A DNA stretch of 64,000 nt, taken from Octopus sinensis. Its lineage: Eukaryota. Below, one piece after another: positions 39,201-53,343 of the stretch (its first letter is position 1; the number at the start of each line of letters is the position of its first letter). Where the stretch lies: assembly GCF_006345805.1 (NCBI RefSeq), contig NC_043021.1:3844001-3908000 (forward strand), in the 5' to 3' direction. A model generated the notes under the pieces. That model saw only the letters and a list, made by a program, of their open reading frames with translations. It did not search any database and was not told the origin of the DNA. Made by a program: the position numbers and the translations under genes.

Positions 39201-42200
39201 ACCATATCAGACCCGATTTCAGAGTTCATAAGAACCTATATATATACAAGGTGCATTCCAGAAGTTTTTAGACATTTTTAGGAGAGACATTTGTAAATTT
39301 CAAAGAACAAAACTCTAATCTCTTTCAAAGTGTGATCCTCTGACTTCAATGCCCTTGTTACAGCACTCCAGCCACTTCATGAAGCCCCTGTGCAAGTCCT
39401 CCAGGATCCTTGTTACTAATTCCTTCCTCTTCTCTTTCAGCTTGGGGGGGGGGCAACCACAAGTTACAGGGAGCAAGGTCTGGATTGTAGAAAGAGAGAG
39501 AGTGAGGGACAGTTTTGACAGCCTATCTCTGTCATGTAGTTGGTTACCAGGATGGATGTGTGGACTGGTGCAGGTGCTCTGGCCTTTGGCAATGAAATCT
39601 TTTCCTGAATTCACTCAAAACCACCACAGTGTACACTTTGTCGACGATCTGGACAGAGGGAACCCAGTGGATGTAGGTGGTGCCTTTGCTGTTGAGAAAG
39701 GGGATCATTATGAGCTTCCTGGGGGACGTGTTTTGCGCATGCGTGCACACACACACACACACACATACATACACACACATGCACACACACACACACACAC
39801 ATACACACACATGCACACAACACACACACACACACACACATTATCAGTAAATCATAAATCCGAAAGAGAAGCACTATAGAGCTGTAGAGTATCTAAAGAA
39901 CGTTAGTTATGGCTGGCTCACAGGGTTTTGAAGAGAGGTTATAGGTCACTGGCCATCAGGGTCTGACAAGATGTGTATAAAGCTAAGCGCTTTATGGATG
40001 TGAAACCCTAGATAACCTTAAGAACTGGTCATAACTAACATTCTCTAAATATATAATCCAAATTTAGGGAATAGAGTAGGTTAAATTCAGGCTACATTGG
40101 TTTCCTAGCAGAACCTCTGAAGTAGTAATTATTCAATGAGCAATACTCTGCTAGCTACTCATCAGGCCGAAGATACCTTAGTCAAATGAAGGTTACATTG
40201 TCATTAAGGGAACCTGTGTTAAATCGCATACACAGCAGCCCCAGTTGCTAACTGTGAACTACAAAATAACTTTTTTCAGTTCACTGAACTTCAATATGAG
40301 AAAGATTTACAACCTTCTACGTCAATAAATCACTATTGTTCCTGAAAGTTGGATTTTATACTTTCTAGAGACTGCTAGAAGCCTACTCGTGGAGGCGCAA
40401 TGGCCCAGTGGTTAGGGCAGCGGACTCGCGGTCATAGGATCGCGGTTTCGATTCCCAGACCGGGCGTTGTGAGTGTTTATTGAGCGAAAACACCTAAAGC
40501 TCCACGTGGCTCTGGCAGGGGATGGTGGTGATCCCTGCTGTACTCTTTCACCACAACTTTCTCTCACTCTTACTTCCTGTTTCTGTTGTACCTGTATTTC
40601 AAAGGGCCGCCGGCCTTGTCACTCTCTGTGTCACACTGAATATCCTCAAGAACTACGTTAAGGGTACACGTGTCTGTGGAGTGCTCAGCCACTTGCACGT
40701 TAATTTCACGAGCAGGCTGTTCCGTTAATTCGGATCAACCGGAACCCTCATCATCATAACCGACGGAGTGCTTCCACCAGAAGCCTACTAACTCCCTACA
40801 CCTGGATCCCAGCTCTACACATAATTTTATATTAGTGCATCATATGTGATACACAGGGCACTTGGCTGATCATCTATGGTCCCACCAACTAAAATATTAT
40901 TCACCAACTAATGTAATACAAACACATATTATCCACTAACTAACCCAAATTAACCACCTTCACCTGTCGAAAGCCAGCACAAATGATTAGGAAAAACTTA
41001 TGAAAATAATTTCGACAGGTGAAGGATTAACCCGGCTTGCAGGTAGTTTACCATAATGATGTCCTCACCAGAAATTTTTTCTTACACTTAACAGATGTGA
41101 TATATTTGGAAGAGATTTGGCTTTATGGCTAAGAAGCTCATTTCATAACCATGTGATTTTGAGTTCAGTCCCACTGTGTGACACCCTGGGCCAGTGTATT
41201 GTATTATAACTTTGTGCTGACAAATAATGTCTTGTGGTCGAAGGAATTTGGTAGATGGAAGCTGTGTGTGTGAGTGTGTGTATGTGTACTTGTATGCTTG
41301 TGTTTGTATGTGTACTTGTGTGCTTTTGTGCACACATATATGTATGAAGGTGCATGGCTCACAAGTTAAAGTGTTGGTCTCACAATCATGAGGTAGTGAG
41401 TTTGATTCCTGGACTGGGCTGCGTGTTGTGTTCTTGAGCAAGACACTTCATTTCACGTTGCTCCAGTTCACTCAGTTGTAGAAATGAGTTGTGATGTCAC
41501 TGGTGCCACCTGTATCGGCCTTTGTCTTTTCTTTGGATAACATCGATGGTGTGGAGAGGGGAGTCCGGTATGCATGGCTGACTGCTGGTCTTCCATAAAC
41601 AACTTTGCCTGGATCTGTGCCTCAGAGGGGAACTTTCCAAGTGGGGTTATATTTCCCCATGGCCAGATATACTCTCACAGTATATTGGTAATGAATGAAA
41701 CTGCTTCATTGACAGTGATAATCAATAATAATAAATCACATGATGTCATGAAAAGGGTACATGCACACACACACACACACACAATGGGTTTATTTCAGTT
41801 TCCATCTATCAAATCCACTCAAAAGACATAGGCTGTCTTGACAATATAAGAGAAAACACTCGCCCTCAAGGTGCCATGCACCTTACCATGCAGTAGGACT
41901 GAAACAGATGCCTGAATATGCACGGAGATGTGAACATAATTCTGTTTCCGCTACACATGACCGACTGGTTAGGGTATCTTGAGAGAACATTCTACTTCAA
42001 AATAATGGAGTCAGATCATAAATTGTGGTTGGGAACCATGTGGCCTGTCTTCATATATTTATCACAATGCTACTTTATTGCACTATATTCTGCATGGCCA
42101 GATCTTGAGACACAAATGCTAGGAAATCAATTTACTGGTGAACTGACATGGCCAATAAACAAAGCAGACGGTCAATAGGGTAAAAACAAGTCTTATCGGT

Positions 42201-42610
42201 AGCAATCCAGTAATGGATTAAGAGACATTTAGCTATCAATTTCCATTAAATCAAAAGTGAGGCTTCTCAGGTTATGGACAACATTAGTGATAAATATCTT
42301 AAGAATATAAATCTTTTATGGAGTGGGGCAAAATAGGGTTGATGAACTGACAATAAAACAGGACTCATGTATGGTTAATAAATCATCTGCAATGTGAGCT
42401 GTGTCATATTTTCAAACACATGAAAGTCTTCCTTCTTCCTCTTTCTGAATAATAACATAGATATATATACATTTATCATCATCATTGTTTAGCGTCCACT
42501 CTCCATGGTGACATGGGTCGGACGGTTTGACACGGAGGTGGCTTGCAGGGAGCTGTCCAGATTCCAACTGTCTGTTTTGGTATGGTTTCTACAGTTGGAT
42601 ATAATGATGA

Positions 42611-42650
<40 letters not shown>

Positions 42651-43262
42651 ATAACATGACAGGCTTCTTTCAGTTTCTGTCTACCAAATCCACTCACAAG
42701 GCTTTGGTTGGCCTGAGGCTACAATAGAAGACACTTGCCCAAAGTTCCACGCATTGGGGCTGAACCCAGAATCACGTGGTTGGAAGGAACCTTCTTATCA
42801 CAAAGCCATGGCCCTCTCCATCACCTTCATCACCTGATCCAGCAGTTTGATATTCCTGTAGTTATTTCTATCTAGAGCACACATTTGTACATTTCTCACC
42901 TGTGACATCACAATTTTCTCTCACACACAGTCTTGCAATCCGCAATACCTCAGTTCTTTGGTCCTCACGTCATTGGACATTGGCAAACTTCTTCTTTTCT
43001 GCTTCGCCCTTGGCTATGTACACCTGCCGCCCAGCTTCCCTTTCGCCTACCTGGTACAGTTCCCTGCTACCCCCACCCTTCCAGGTTTTCCAGGCCTGTT
43101 TCTTTGCTCTAATGGCTTTGTCTACCGTACTATTCCACCTACCTATTATATATACATATAAATAACCAGTTGTTAAGTATCCCACCTATGAGGGATTAAT
43201 GTTAGATGTGTTGAAACAATTGTAGTGAGTAATAAAAATTCTTGTATCTTCCATCTTTCATT

Positions 43263-43316
<54 letters not shown>

Positions 43317-43513
43317 GCGTGTGTATTGTTGGCGATTTTTTTTCCTCCATCTTCCCTTCTTTGGATCTTTCCTTTTCCTATGTTTCTGACGAAGAGCTCC
43401 GCTCGAAACGTTAAATCCTCCTTCTTTCTTTTCCTGAGCGTCCAATAACACTATACTTGTTCCACGTCCTTGCGTTATTGTGTTTTCATGTTTGGATTCA
43501 TTCTCTCTCTCTC

Positions 43514-43557
<44 letters not shown>

Positions 43558-45373
43558 TACAAGAGTTATGGGATGGTTTTTGCTCTGGGCTTAGTTGAGA
43601 GTGGAATGTCCCACATGGGTATGCATTCAATTGTGTGTTTATATCCAGCATGATGTAGAGCACAGTTGTAGTATTCAGCATATTGATCAAATAAATCTTG
43701 AACAGCAAATGACGAGGAGATCTGGTAGGATACACTTTCTACAATAGACTTTAGGACAGAGTTGGGGTGGTTGGAGAAGTTCACATAGTGGAGGTTTTCC
43801 CCAGACTTGTGATATGATTGGAAGGTTTCGCATTGCAAGTCCAGAGCAATGTCTGAGAAATTAGTGATTTTGACAGTGTTACAGAAAACGCTGTTTTTAA
43901 AGAAGCTTCTCAATATTTTTTTAGTTCGTCTGATTATCCAGTCACTAGAATTTTGGATAGCTAACAGAGCATCATCTCTGAATAGACCACCAGAGATGCT
44001 GGCAAATTGTATCTTTGCAGGCCCAGGATTTCCCATCACAAGATATGATATTTAGGTGGGCACTTATTTAGTGCTGTTGACACCACTTACTTTAATGATG
44101 ATATGTAAAATTAAAATTACAATAATCATTGAAAAAAAAAAAACTAAGATTTCAATGGTAAAAATAAAGATACACACACACAAACAAGGGAATAGGAATT
44201 TCAAACTCCGGCGGATACTTTATAAGCACTCTATGGTAATCCAAACTTGGCTATCTAGAACGACTGTTGAGAAACATTAGGATCCATGGAGATGAGGGGG
44301 TGTACCTTGTGTATGATATGCTGGCATTTATCTTATAGTTCTATGTAATAACTATAATTGATTTAATGTGAATTTATTACCATGCAAAATAATCCCATTT
44401 ACGTATTAAGCAACACTAGCATATCAGAAACGTACGTTAGCAATATATGCAATAGATTATCAATTAAAATGTGCAATTCTCCATTCTTCTTTGTGTTTTA
44501 TATATATATATATATATGCATGTATGTATGTATTGTTTGATGTACACAATATATAGTTATGAGCTACTTGTAGTTTCATATATTGGAGATGTTATCTAGG
44601 CAGGTTTTATTAACACACCTAGTATCTCCAAGCAACCTTCAGGCTCTGCCTAGATAACATCTCCAATGTATGAAACTGACAGTAGCTCATAGCTATAGCT
44701 ATGTATTGTGTACATTAAACACTATTTATCCCTCACTAGATGGAGTACTTTTTTTTGTTGATCTTACTTTAATGATGATATGTAAAAGTAAAATTATAAT
44801 AATTATTAAAAAAAAAAGAAAAGAAAAACAAGCCAAGATTTCAATAGTTAAAAATAAAGATAAATAAATATAATTAATATTCAGGAAAAATAAAGACAAT
44901 TAATTGAAAAATAAAAATGATTCAAAACAAAGTAAGCAAAAATAAAAACAAAAAACCCAAAAAACAAAACAGGAGTAAATTAAACAAAACTTGTTGATAT
45001 AGTTTAAATAAACAGAAAAAAAAACAGAATAATTAAATTGCAAAAAAACAAACAAACAAAAAATGATAAAATAAAATAAAAAAATAATAATTTGCATTAT
45101 AAAAGGGGGAAAGAAGCAAAGGAGGAAACAAATTAACATTAAAAAAAACAAAAACAATATTAAAAAAATAATGGTTGATAAAATTGCAACAATTAGGAAT
45201 ATTTGTGCAAAAGCAAAAAGTGATTTTTACATATTTAGCTGGAAGCAATTAGTAACTAAAATGGTCCTTTCAGAAAGCCAGAGGGAGACAGGGAAGAAAG
45301 GAGAAAGGAACAAAAAAAAAAAAATGAAAAAAACAATCCGCAGAGTCTAAAGCCAGAGAACAAATTCAAGATG

Positions 45374-45413
<40 letters not shown>

Positions 45414-45478
45414 CACATATATATGTAAAACTACACCAACACTACTTCTATTTGAGTGTGATTGTGTGTGTGTGTGTG

Positions 45479-45545
<67 letters not shown>

Positions 45546-45723
45546 TATATATACATATATATATACATATATATATATATACATATATATATATAAAACT
45601 ACACCAACACTACTTCTATTTCATACTTGAAAATATATCTATATTTACAAGCATAGAAATATATGTGCCCCAGCATGGCCACAGCTCATGAGCTGAAACT
45701 AAAAAATCAAAAATCAAATATAA

Positions 45724-45775
<52 letters not shown>

Positions 45776-47048
45776 ATATGTGTGTGTGTGTGTGTAGACA
45801 AACCTTAAGAATATCAAGAAAAATAAGTGGACGAGAGGAATTAATTATAAAACTTAGTTAACATAAGCAAGAAGTAAATGAAATATGGAAATATATCAAC
45901 TAATTTAATATGTAACAACATGGAAAAGCTACTGTGAATCTAAAAGCTTTAATTAGCTATTGTAAGTTTGAAGATTTTTCACAGACAAGAACATCACTAT
46001 TTATTCATTATTAAGTATTCTTTGTCTCTGTTATATCATCAGGTGAAATGACATGTTTTGCTTTGATTACACAGTGTAACACGATTTTTGTCCTTGGGTA
46101 GCAACTGTTATTTCAAGTTTGCTGACCTCTAAAAAGTATGAAAAATGGCTAATATTTCCTTTAAACTTTGCCTTTGTTATGATATTTATTCAAACCCCAA
46201 ACAATCCCTCTCAACATATGGTTATGATGCTCCCCCACTACTCCTGCTCATCATCAGAGATGCACATATTGTCAGCCACTAAGGGCCATGCTCAACTGGT
46301 TATGGTCAAGCAACTGACAAGCAGATCTGTGGTATTGAGCAGAATATTTGCTATAATGATATTCCTGCTTCAGTAACTCAGTGCTGGAATGTAATGGAAA
46401 ATTGGTCAGTTTCAAAATATTGATGTCCAGGACACAAAAGCAAAGTTTGAAAGGAATAATAGTACTCTCCTTTGATTTCTGGATAGAAGCTAATAGGAAA
46501 TAACACATCGACCAAGGATGAAAAAAAAAGAAGAAATTTTTACATTTATTTTTAAAGTATTATCTACTGACAATTTAGTTTTAAGATGTCTTGTGGTGTT
46601 TTAGACTCTTTCAACATCTGACCTCCTAGTCTAGTTGACCCAGCTGGGGTTGATCATGTCCCAGCTTGCATCCAAATAGCAGCAAACCCTTGGTCTGCCA
46701 TCTTTATCCAAAGTCACCTTGTGGCATTCTTTAACTGCAGCTTTAGTAATGGCATTTACGGCCCTCTTCTTTGCTGCACCAGTAACTCCAAGCCCAGCCA
46801 GAGCTTTCCAGAAACGAATGCCCTCACAAAACCTCAGCAACTCAAAAGTAACTCTGGTTTATCAAATCTTAGTTTGTTTTTTGTCCCCTCAAAATGTCTG
46901 AGTTTAAATGTAATTTTTTCTACTTGCTTCACCTTACCTAGCTGTTAATAAAAAGTACCAACCCTAGAAACCTGGGAAGGGAAAGAGAAGGGAAAAAACA
47001 CTCAGAGAAAAAGATAGATAGATAGATAGATTGATAGATAGATAGATT

Positions 47049-47094
<46 letters not shown>

Positions 47095-50000
47095 TTTGTC
47101 CCTTCAATCCTTTAAAAATTGAAATTAACTCTTTTATCACATTTCTGTGACAATGTATTGCCTTGGTTTCAGTTAACTTGAAAAATGATGAAGAATGTAG
47201 TAAAAAGAAAAAGGAAAATCCCTGTCACCATTAAGCTACTGCTTGAAACATGAATTTGGCATCAGAGAACCAGGGGCAGTCTCACAGTCTCAGGCAGGCT
47301 AATACCTAAAGGATGTTAAGAGCCAGTTACATGCAGCCCACTGAGTTTCTCAAAAAGATTGATTCTAATCACTGACAAGTCTTTTAATATTATTTAAAAG
47401 AAATATAAATTTACAGCTTTTAGTTCAGATTCAATTTATTAATTAAGGAGTGGAAACAGACTTTGTAAATGAGTTTAAATACAGACCATGGAAAAGCACC
47501 CAGTGGTTGGTGTTAGGAAGGGCATCCAGCTGTGAAAACCATACCAAAACAGACAGTGTGGCTTGGTGCAGTTATCAAATTTCCTAGCTCTTGTCAAACC
47601 ATCCAAACCACACCAGCATGAAAGACAGGTATTAAATGATGAGTTTACAATCATTTTGCTGGCCCAAATGCTTGCAGCAGAGTGAACTTGGCCAAAAGGC
47701 ATCCAAGGACAAAATGTGCAGTTAAACAAGGTGATAGATTGATTCTACAACTCAAGTAGTCTAAGACGGATTTGAACTCAGAACACAAAGAGGTGAAACG
47801 AATACTGTAAGGCATCAATCTGACATTCTTACAGTTTGGCCAGTCCAACACTCGGCATTAGTACTTTTTTTTTTACCAATCCCGAAAGGATGAAAGCGAA
47901 GGTATTCTCAGTTGATCAGTCTGAACTGAACCTGAGCCCACCAACAATTAGTAATACTAACAGGTTTACTATAAATAAGATGGAATCTGATATTTCTAGA
48001 AATTACTATACTATCTTTTGATATAGATTAGTAGGCAGGGAATTTTGTGTCGGGTACAGGATACTTTGGAGTCAACATGTGTAAAGTCATCTTTTCCTGC
48101 CACACACAGTCAAGGAACCACTTTGTGCAAGTATGAACAACTTTTCATGCCTCTCTTGCTAAGGATACAGTGATATTCAATGTACAGTGGTACAAGCAGA
48201 GGCATGTCATATACTCCCTGTAGTTACAGTTGATAATAACAGCAACATAACAACTCCAATAGTCTTGAGCATTTTGCCATTGGTATCTTACTATCAAGAT
48301 CCTGGGTACAATGTTAAACTGTCCCCAAATCCCCTGCTCGTTGCCAAGTGGTTCCAGTACAATGTCACTACACCTGTTAGGAGACTGGAATCTCAACAGA
48401 TTTGTTGTCTGCTACCAAGTGATCCAGAAGAATGTCATTTCACAAGCTACAACTGTAATCCCCAAAGATCCTCATCTTCTCTCTAGGGCTAAGGTGAGGG
48501 CTGGAGTTGTAACAGATTCTCTCCTGTGCACATTCAAAGTAGAGGCTACCTACATCAGAATAGAATGGGTAGGGATAACTGGCATCTGGCACTTTGCTGT
48601 AACTACAGAAAGACTTCATGTCTTGAATTGTCCTTAGCTTTCACTTGATGATGATGATGATGACCATGATGATGATGATGTGCTAGAAAAAAAAAACAAC
48701 TTAAAATTGGCTTCTTGCCTTGATAATTCTGACACAAAAATACAAGACTGGCATTTTATACAATTGAAAGAGTAGTTGTAATGCTCTAGGGCAATACTGC
48801 AACACTCTGACATCTTTGGAATTCTGCCAAGTTGCAGCTGTTGGTGCCCCCAATTCTATGATTTGGAGCAGATTTTTCCAGAACGGTGCTGAGTGTGGTG
48901 GTCAATTTAATCAAACTACAATCAGTGCTGTTTGCACTTTTAAGGAACAATGATGGCTTAACCCCTCAACAAAAATAGTATTCTTTCAAGAAGTGGCCCT
49001 ACATATATTACTAGCTTTGTAAAACAAAATAAATCAAACAACACCATATTGGCTTTTAGCTTTTAAGGACATTGGGACCTTCAAAAAGTGCCATACTTGC
49101 CAAAAGTTGCCAACACTACACCTGGATTTTTGTGTTTCCTTCTGTATCCTGTGTGCTTTTGTCTATCATTGCTTTTTTTTTTTGCTTGACTTAACTCTTG
49201 CTTTTTTGATGGCTTTAGTCTACCTGAGCACTGGATACAATAAGCTCAGTGGCATTTGTGTCAGCTCTTTATGTTCTCAATTCAAATCCAGTCAAGATCA
49301 ATTTTGACTCACTTTTATCTTTCTAGGCTCAACAAAACCTCGCCCATGAAATTTCAGGCCTTGGGGGGGGGGGGGGGGTCGATGTAATTAACTTACCCCT
49401 TTCCCTGAAATCGCTGGCCTTCTGCCAAAATTTAAAACCATTATTATTACCTTTGCCTTAGCGAAGGCGGAGGTATTGTTTTCAGTCATGTTTGTTTGTT
49501 TGTCCGTGGACAAGATATCTCAAGTACAGCTGGTTGGATTTGGATGAAACTTTCAGGGATGTTTGGCCTCATGACCAGCATGAACTGATTAAATTTTGGG
49601 ATCGATCTGGTGCCAGACAAGGATTCTGGATTATTTTTCCAATTTTTTTACCTAATTTTTGAGAGCTGTTGGGTTCATTTTTAGTATTCTTGTTCGTGAA
49701 AGCAGTCGAGTTTATTTCAAATATTCTTATTTCAAAAATCATCTCTGGCTAATCATTGAGAGGACATTGGTGTTGCCTTAGTGGAGGTTTGCGCTCTCTG
49801 AGTGCTCTTGTTATTATTGATAAGGTGGTGAACTGGCAGAATTGTTAGCATGCTGGGCAAAATGCTTAGCAGCATTTTGTCCATCTCAATACGTTCTGAA
49901 TTCAAATCTGCCAAGGTCGACTTAGCCTGTCATCCTTCTGGGATCAATAAAATAAGTATAGTTAAGTACCAGGGTCAATGTAATCGACTTACTCCTTTAC

Positions 50001-50453
50001 CTGAAATCATGGGTCTTGTGCCAAAATTTAAAACCATTATTATTATCATCATCATCATCATTATTATTATTATTACTAATGTGGTGAGCTGGCAGAATTG
50101 TTAGCATGCTGGGCAAAATGCTTAGCAGCATTTTGTTCATCTCAATACATTCTGAGTTCAAATCCATCAAGGTCAACTTTGCCTTTCATCCTTTCAGGGT
50201 CAATGAAATAAGTACCAGTTGAGCACTGGGGTCGATTTAATCAACTATCCCATGCTGGAGCACTGCCTTTCGTCGAGCAAATCGACCCCAGTACTTATTC
50301 TTTGTAAGCCTAGTACCTATTCAAACGGTCTCTTTTGCCGAACCACTAAGTTACGGGGGCGTAAATACACCAGCATTGGTTGTCAAGCGATGTTGGTGGG
50401 ACAAATACAGACATACAAACATACACACATACATATATTATATATGTATATAT

Positions 50454-50495
<42 letters not shown>

Positions 50496-50848
50496 CATAT
50501 ATATACATACATACATATATACGACGGGTTTCTTTCAGTTTCTGTCTACCAAATCCACTCACAAGGCTTTGGTCAGCCCGAGGCTATAGTAGAAGACACT
50601 TGCCTTAGGTGCAAAGCAGTGGGACTGAACCCAGAACTATGTGGTTCATAAGCAAGCTACTTACCACACAGCCACTCCTATGCCTGTTTAGCTTTCCTGC
50701 AAACTGACCGCATAAGCAAAGGTAGCGTTTTCTATTTTGTGGGCCATTAATATTCATCATTGAGGTAGCAGGACAATGGTGGGGTAGAGTTTAAACATCT
50801 AGTTTAAAACGTCTGACACTTGGTAGTTGTGTGGGTGAGAGAGAGAGG

Positions 50849-50880
<32 letters not shown>

Positions 50881-51489
50881 AAGAGAGAGAGAGCTAACAA
50901 GACAGTTTGTGTGAATATATATATACATATATATGATAGTGTGCATAATATGGTAGTATGTATCAGCTAGTAGTGTATGTTAGTATGGAGGTATGTATGA
51001 GTGTGCTAGTACAGACGAATGTGTTGTAATGGCTGTGTGCATGTGTGTGAGTGACTGACTGAGTGTGTGAGAGTGTGTGTGTGTGTATGTGTGTGTTACT
51101 ATGGTAGTCTGTGTGTCAGTATAGTAGTATTACTTATTTTAGTAATTACATGAGTGTATCATCATATGAATGTAAATGCATACATTTCATTGCATGTATA
51201 TCAGAGAGAGAGAGAGAGAGAAATAGATAGATAGGCAGACAGATATATAGACAAACAGGTAAGTAAATATATATATACATACACATATATATGTATGTAT
51301 GTATATATACAAAAAGATAGATAGACAGACCTATATAGGTAGAGAGATGAAGATGGTAAACAGAAAACAATGTCTGGTTTTGAAGCTAAAATATTAGACA
51401 CCATACTCTATTAAATTCTCCACTACTAACAAGCAGCTACATTAATTAATGAAATTTTCATGTGGGGGGGAAAAAGTAACCATGAATAT

Positions 51490-51524
<35 letters not shown>

Positions 51525-51985
51525 TGTACTTTTCGTGAAAAATCAATGTTAGAAGATTGTTAATAAGGATAGCCGAGAAGAACCCCTAGGTAGCAGAAAG
51601 ATTGAAGTTAGCATGCATCCCGGACTGCTAAACAAATAGCAATGCAAACTAGGGCTTTTAGTGTTACCTTAATTCCATTAGAATAGCTGTTCGCAGGTCC
51701 TGTGCCATAACCAACCAGCGGCGCCAGTGTGGTGTCGCCCTCTGGCTCTTCGTCAACCTCGGCAATGTCCGAAAGTTCGGAGCCACTACTACCACGCTCA
51801 TGCCCAGAGAATATGTTAATGCGTGCAGCCTAAAGTATAGCAAACATTTTAAGACCAAATGTTGGGTTTCTGATATCCGAAAGCAAAGAGAGACGGTTAG
51901 AGTTTATAGTAAGGTAAGTATATATTTTCATTGTGTGTGTATGTGTGTATCTATATATGTGTATATATAATCGAAACGCACATTC

Positions 51986-52019
<34 letters not shown>

Positions 52020-52050
52020 AATATATATATAAATATATGTATATATATAA

Positions 52051-52097
<47 letters not shown>

Positions 52098-52762
52098 TGT
52101 ATATATGTATATAAAAATATATATAAATATATATATAAATATATATAATATATATATATAAATATATATATATATAAATAAATATATATATAATATAAAT
52201 ATATATATATATAAATATATATATATATAAATATATATATATATAATATATATAATATATAAATATATATATATATATAAATATATAAATATAATATAAA
52301 TATATATATAATATATAAATTTTCTATGGCTGGATGCTTTTCCTGTCACCAACGCTCACCTGTTCCCAAGCATGTGGTTCTAGGTTCAGTCCCGCTATGT
52401 ATTACCTGAAGCAGGCATCTTCTAGCCTTGGGCTGACCAAAGCCTTGCATGTAGATCTGATAGAAGGAAACTGAAAAACCATTTTCATATACACATGTGT
52501 GTGTGCGTGAGTGTATCCATCTGTATATATGTGTGTGTGTGTCTAAGACTCTGTCTCATCTCTGTCATATTTAAACCATCAATAGTATTTGGATTCTCAT
52601 ATTTAAATTTTAGTATAAATTATGTATTTTTATGCATTAATTATTATGTTTGTACTTTGACTTTTGAAACAGGTGCAGAAATTACAATGAACGTGTGAAA
52701 TATCTGAAATCATCGCTTTTTAACAATTCTAAATATGTTGCTCTGAACATTTGCTTTAGTTA

Positions 52763-52793
<31 letters not shown>

Positions 52794-53308
52794 TATATAC
52801 ATATACATATACATAGAATATAAAGAATGTCAAGAGGTATGAGATGAATATATCTATTTCACCAGATTTTCTTTATGTTCTATGTACTCCTCTTGAAATA
52901 ATCTCCACTGATTTCAACTGCATAGGAATTTACCTTACACTCCTACATATTGGTTTACTAAGTGGTCGGTAACCAGGTTCATTAAATGAGATCTTTGGTG
53001 ATTACCACTGGATTACATAAATCTATATATTGTACATTAAATATATAAATATATATATATATATATATAAATACACACGCACATATATGGATGTACCACA
53101 CACAAGGGAGTGCTAAAAAGTTCTTGGCCTTGGGTAACAGAAAATACAGGAGGACCAGTTAATTATGATTTTATTCCACATATTCCCCTCCCAGATTCAC
53201 ACTTACTGCAGTGGTCCTTCAGTTTTTCAAAGCCTTGTAAAAGAGAGCCTTTCGTGATGCCCTTAAAACCAGGAACTTTTCAGTATTCCCTCGTATGTAT
53301 AAGCGTGA

Positions 53309-53343
<35 letters not shown>

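Noticed and set aside
40388-40460. tRNA gene
   Set aside because: The tRNA-like head continues into a SINE body with TSD and has other copies; other SINE heads were rejected likewise.
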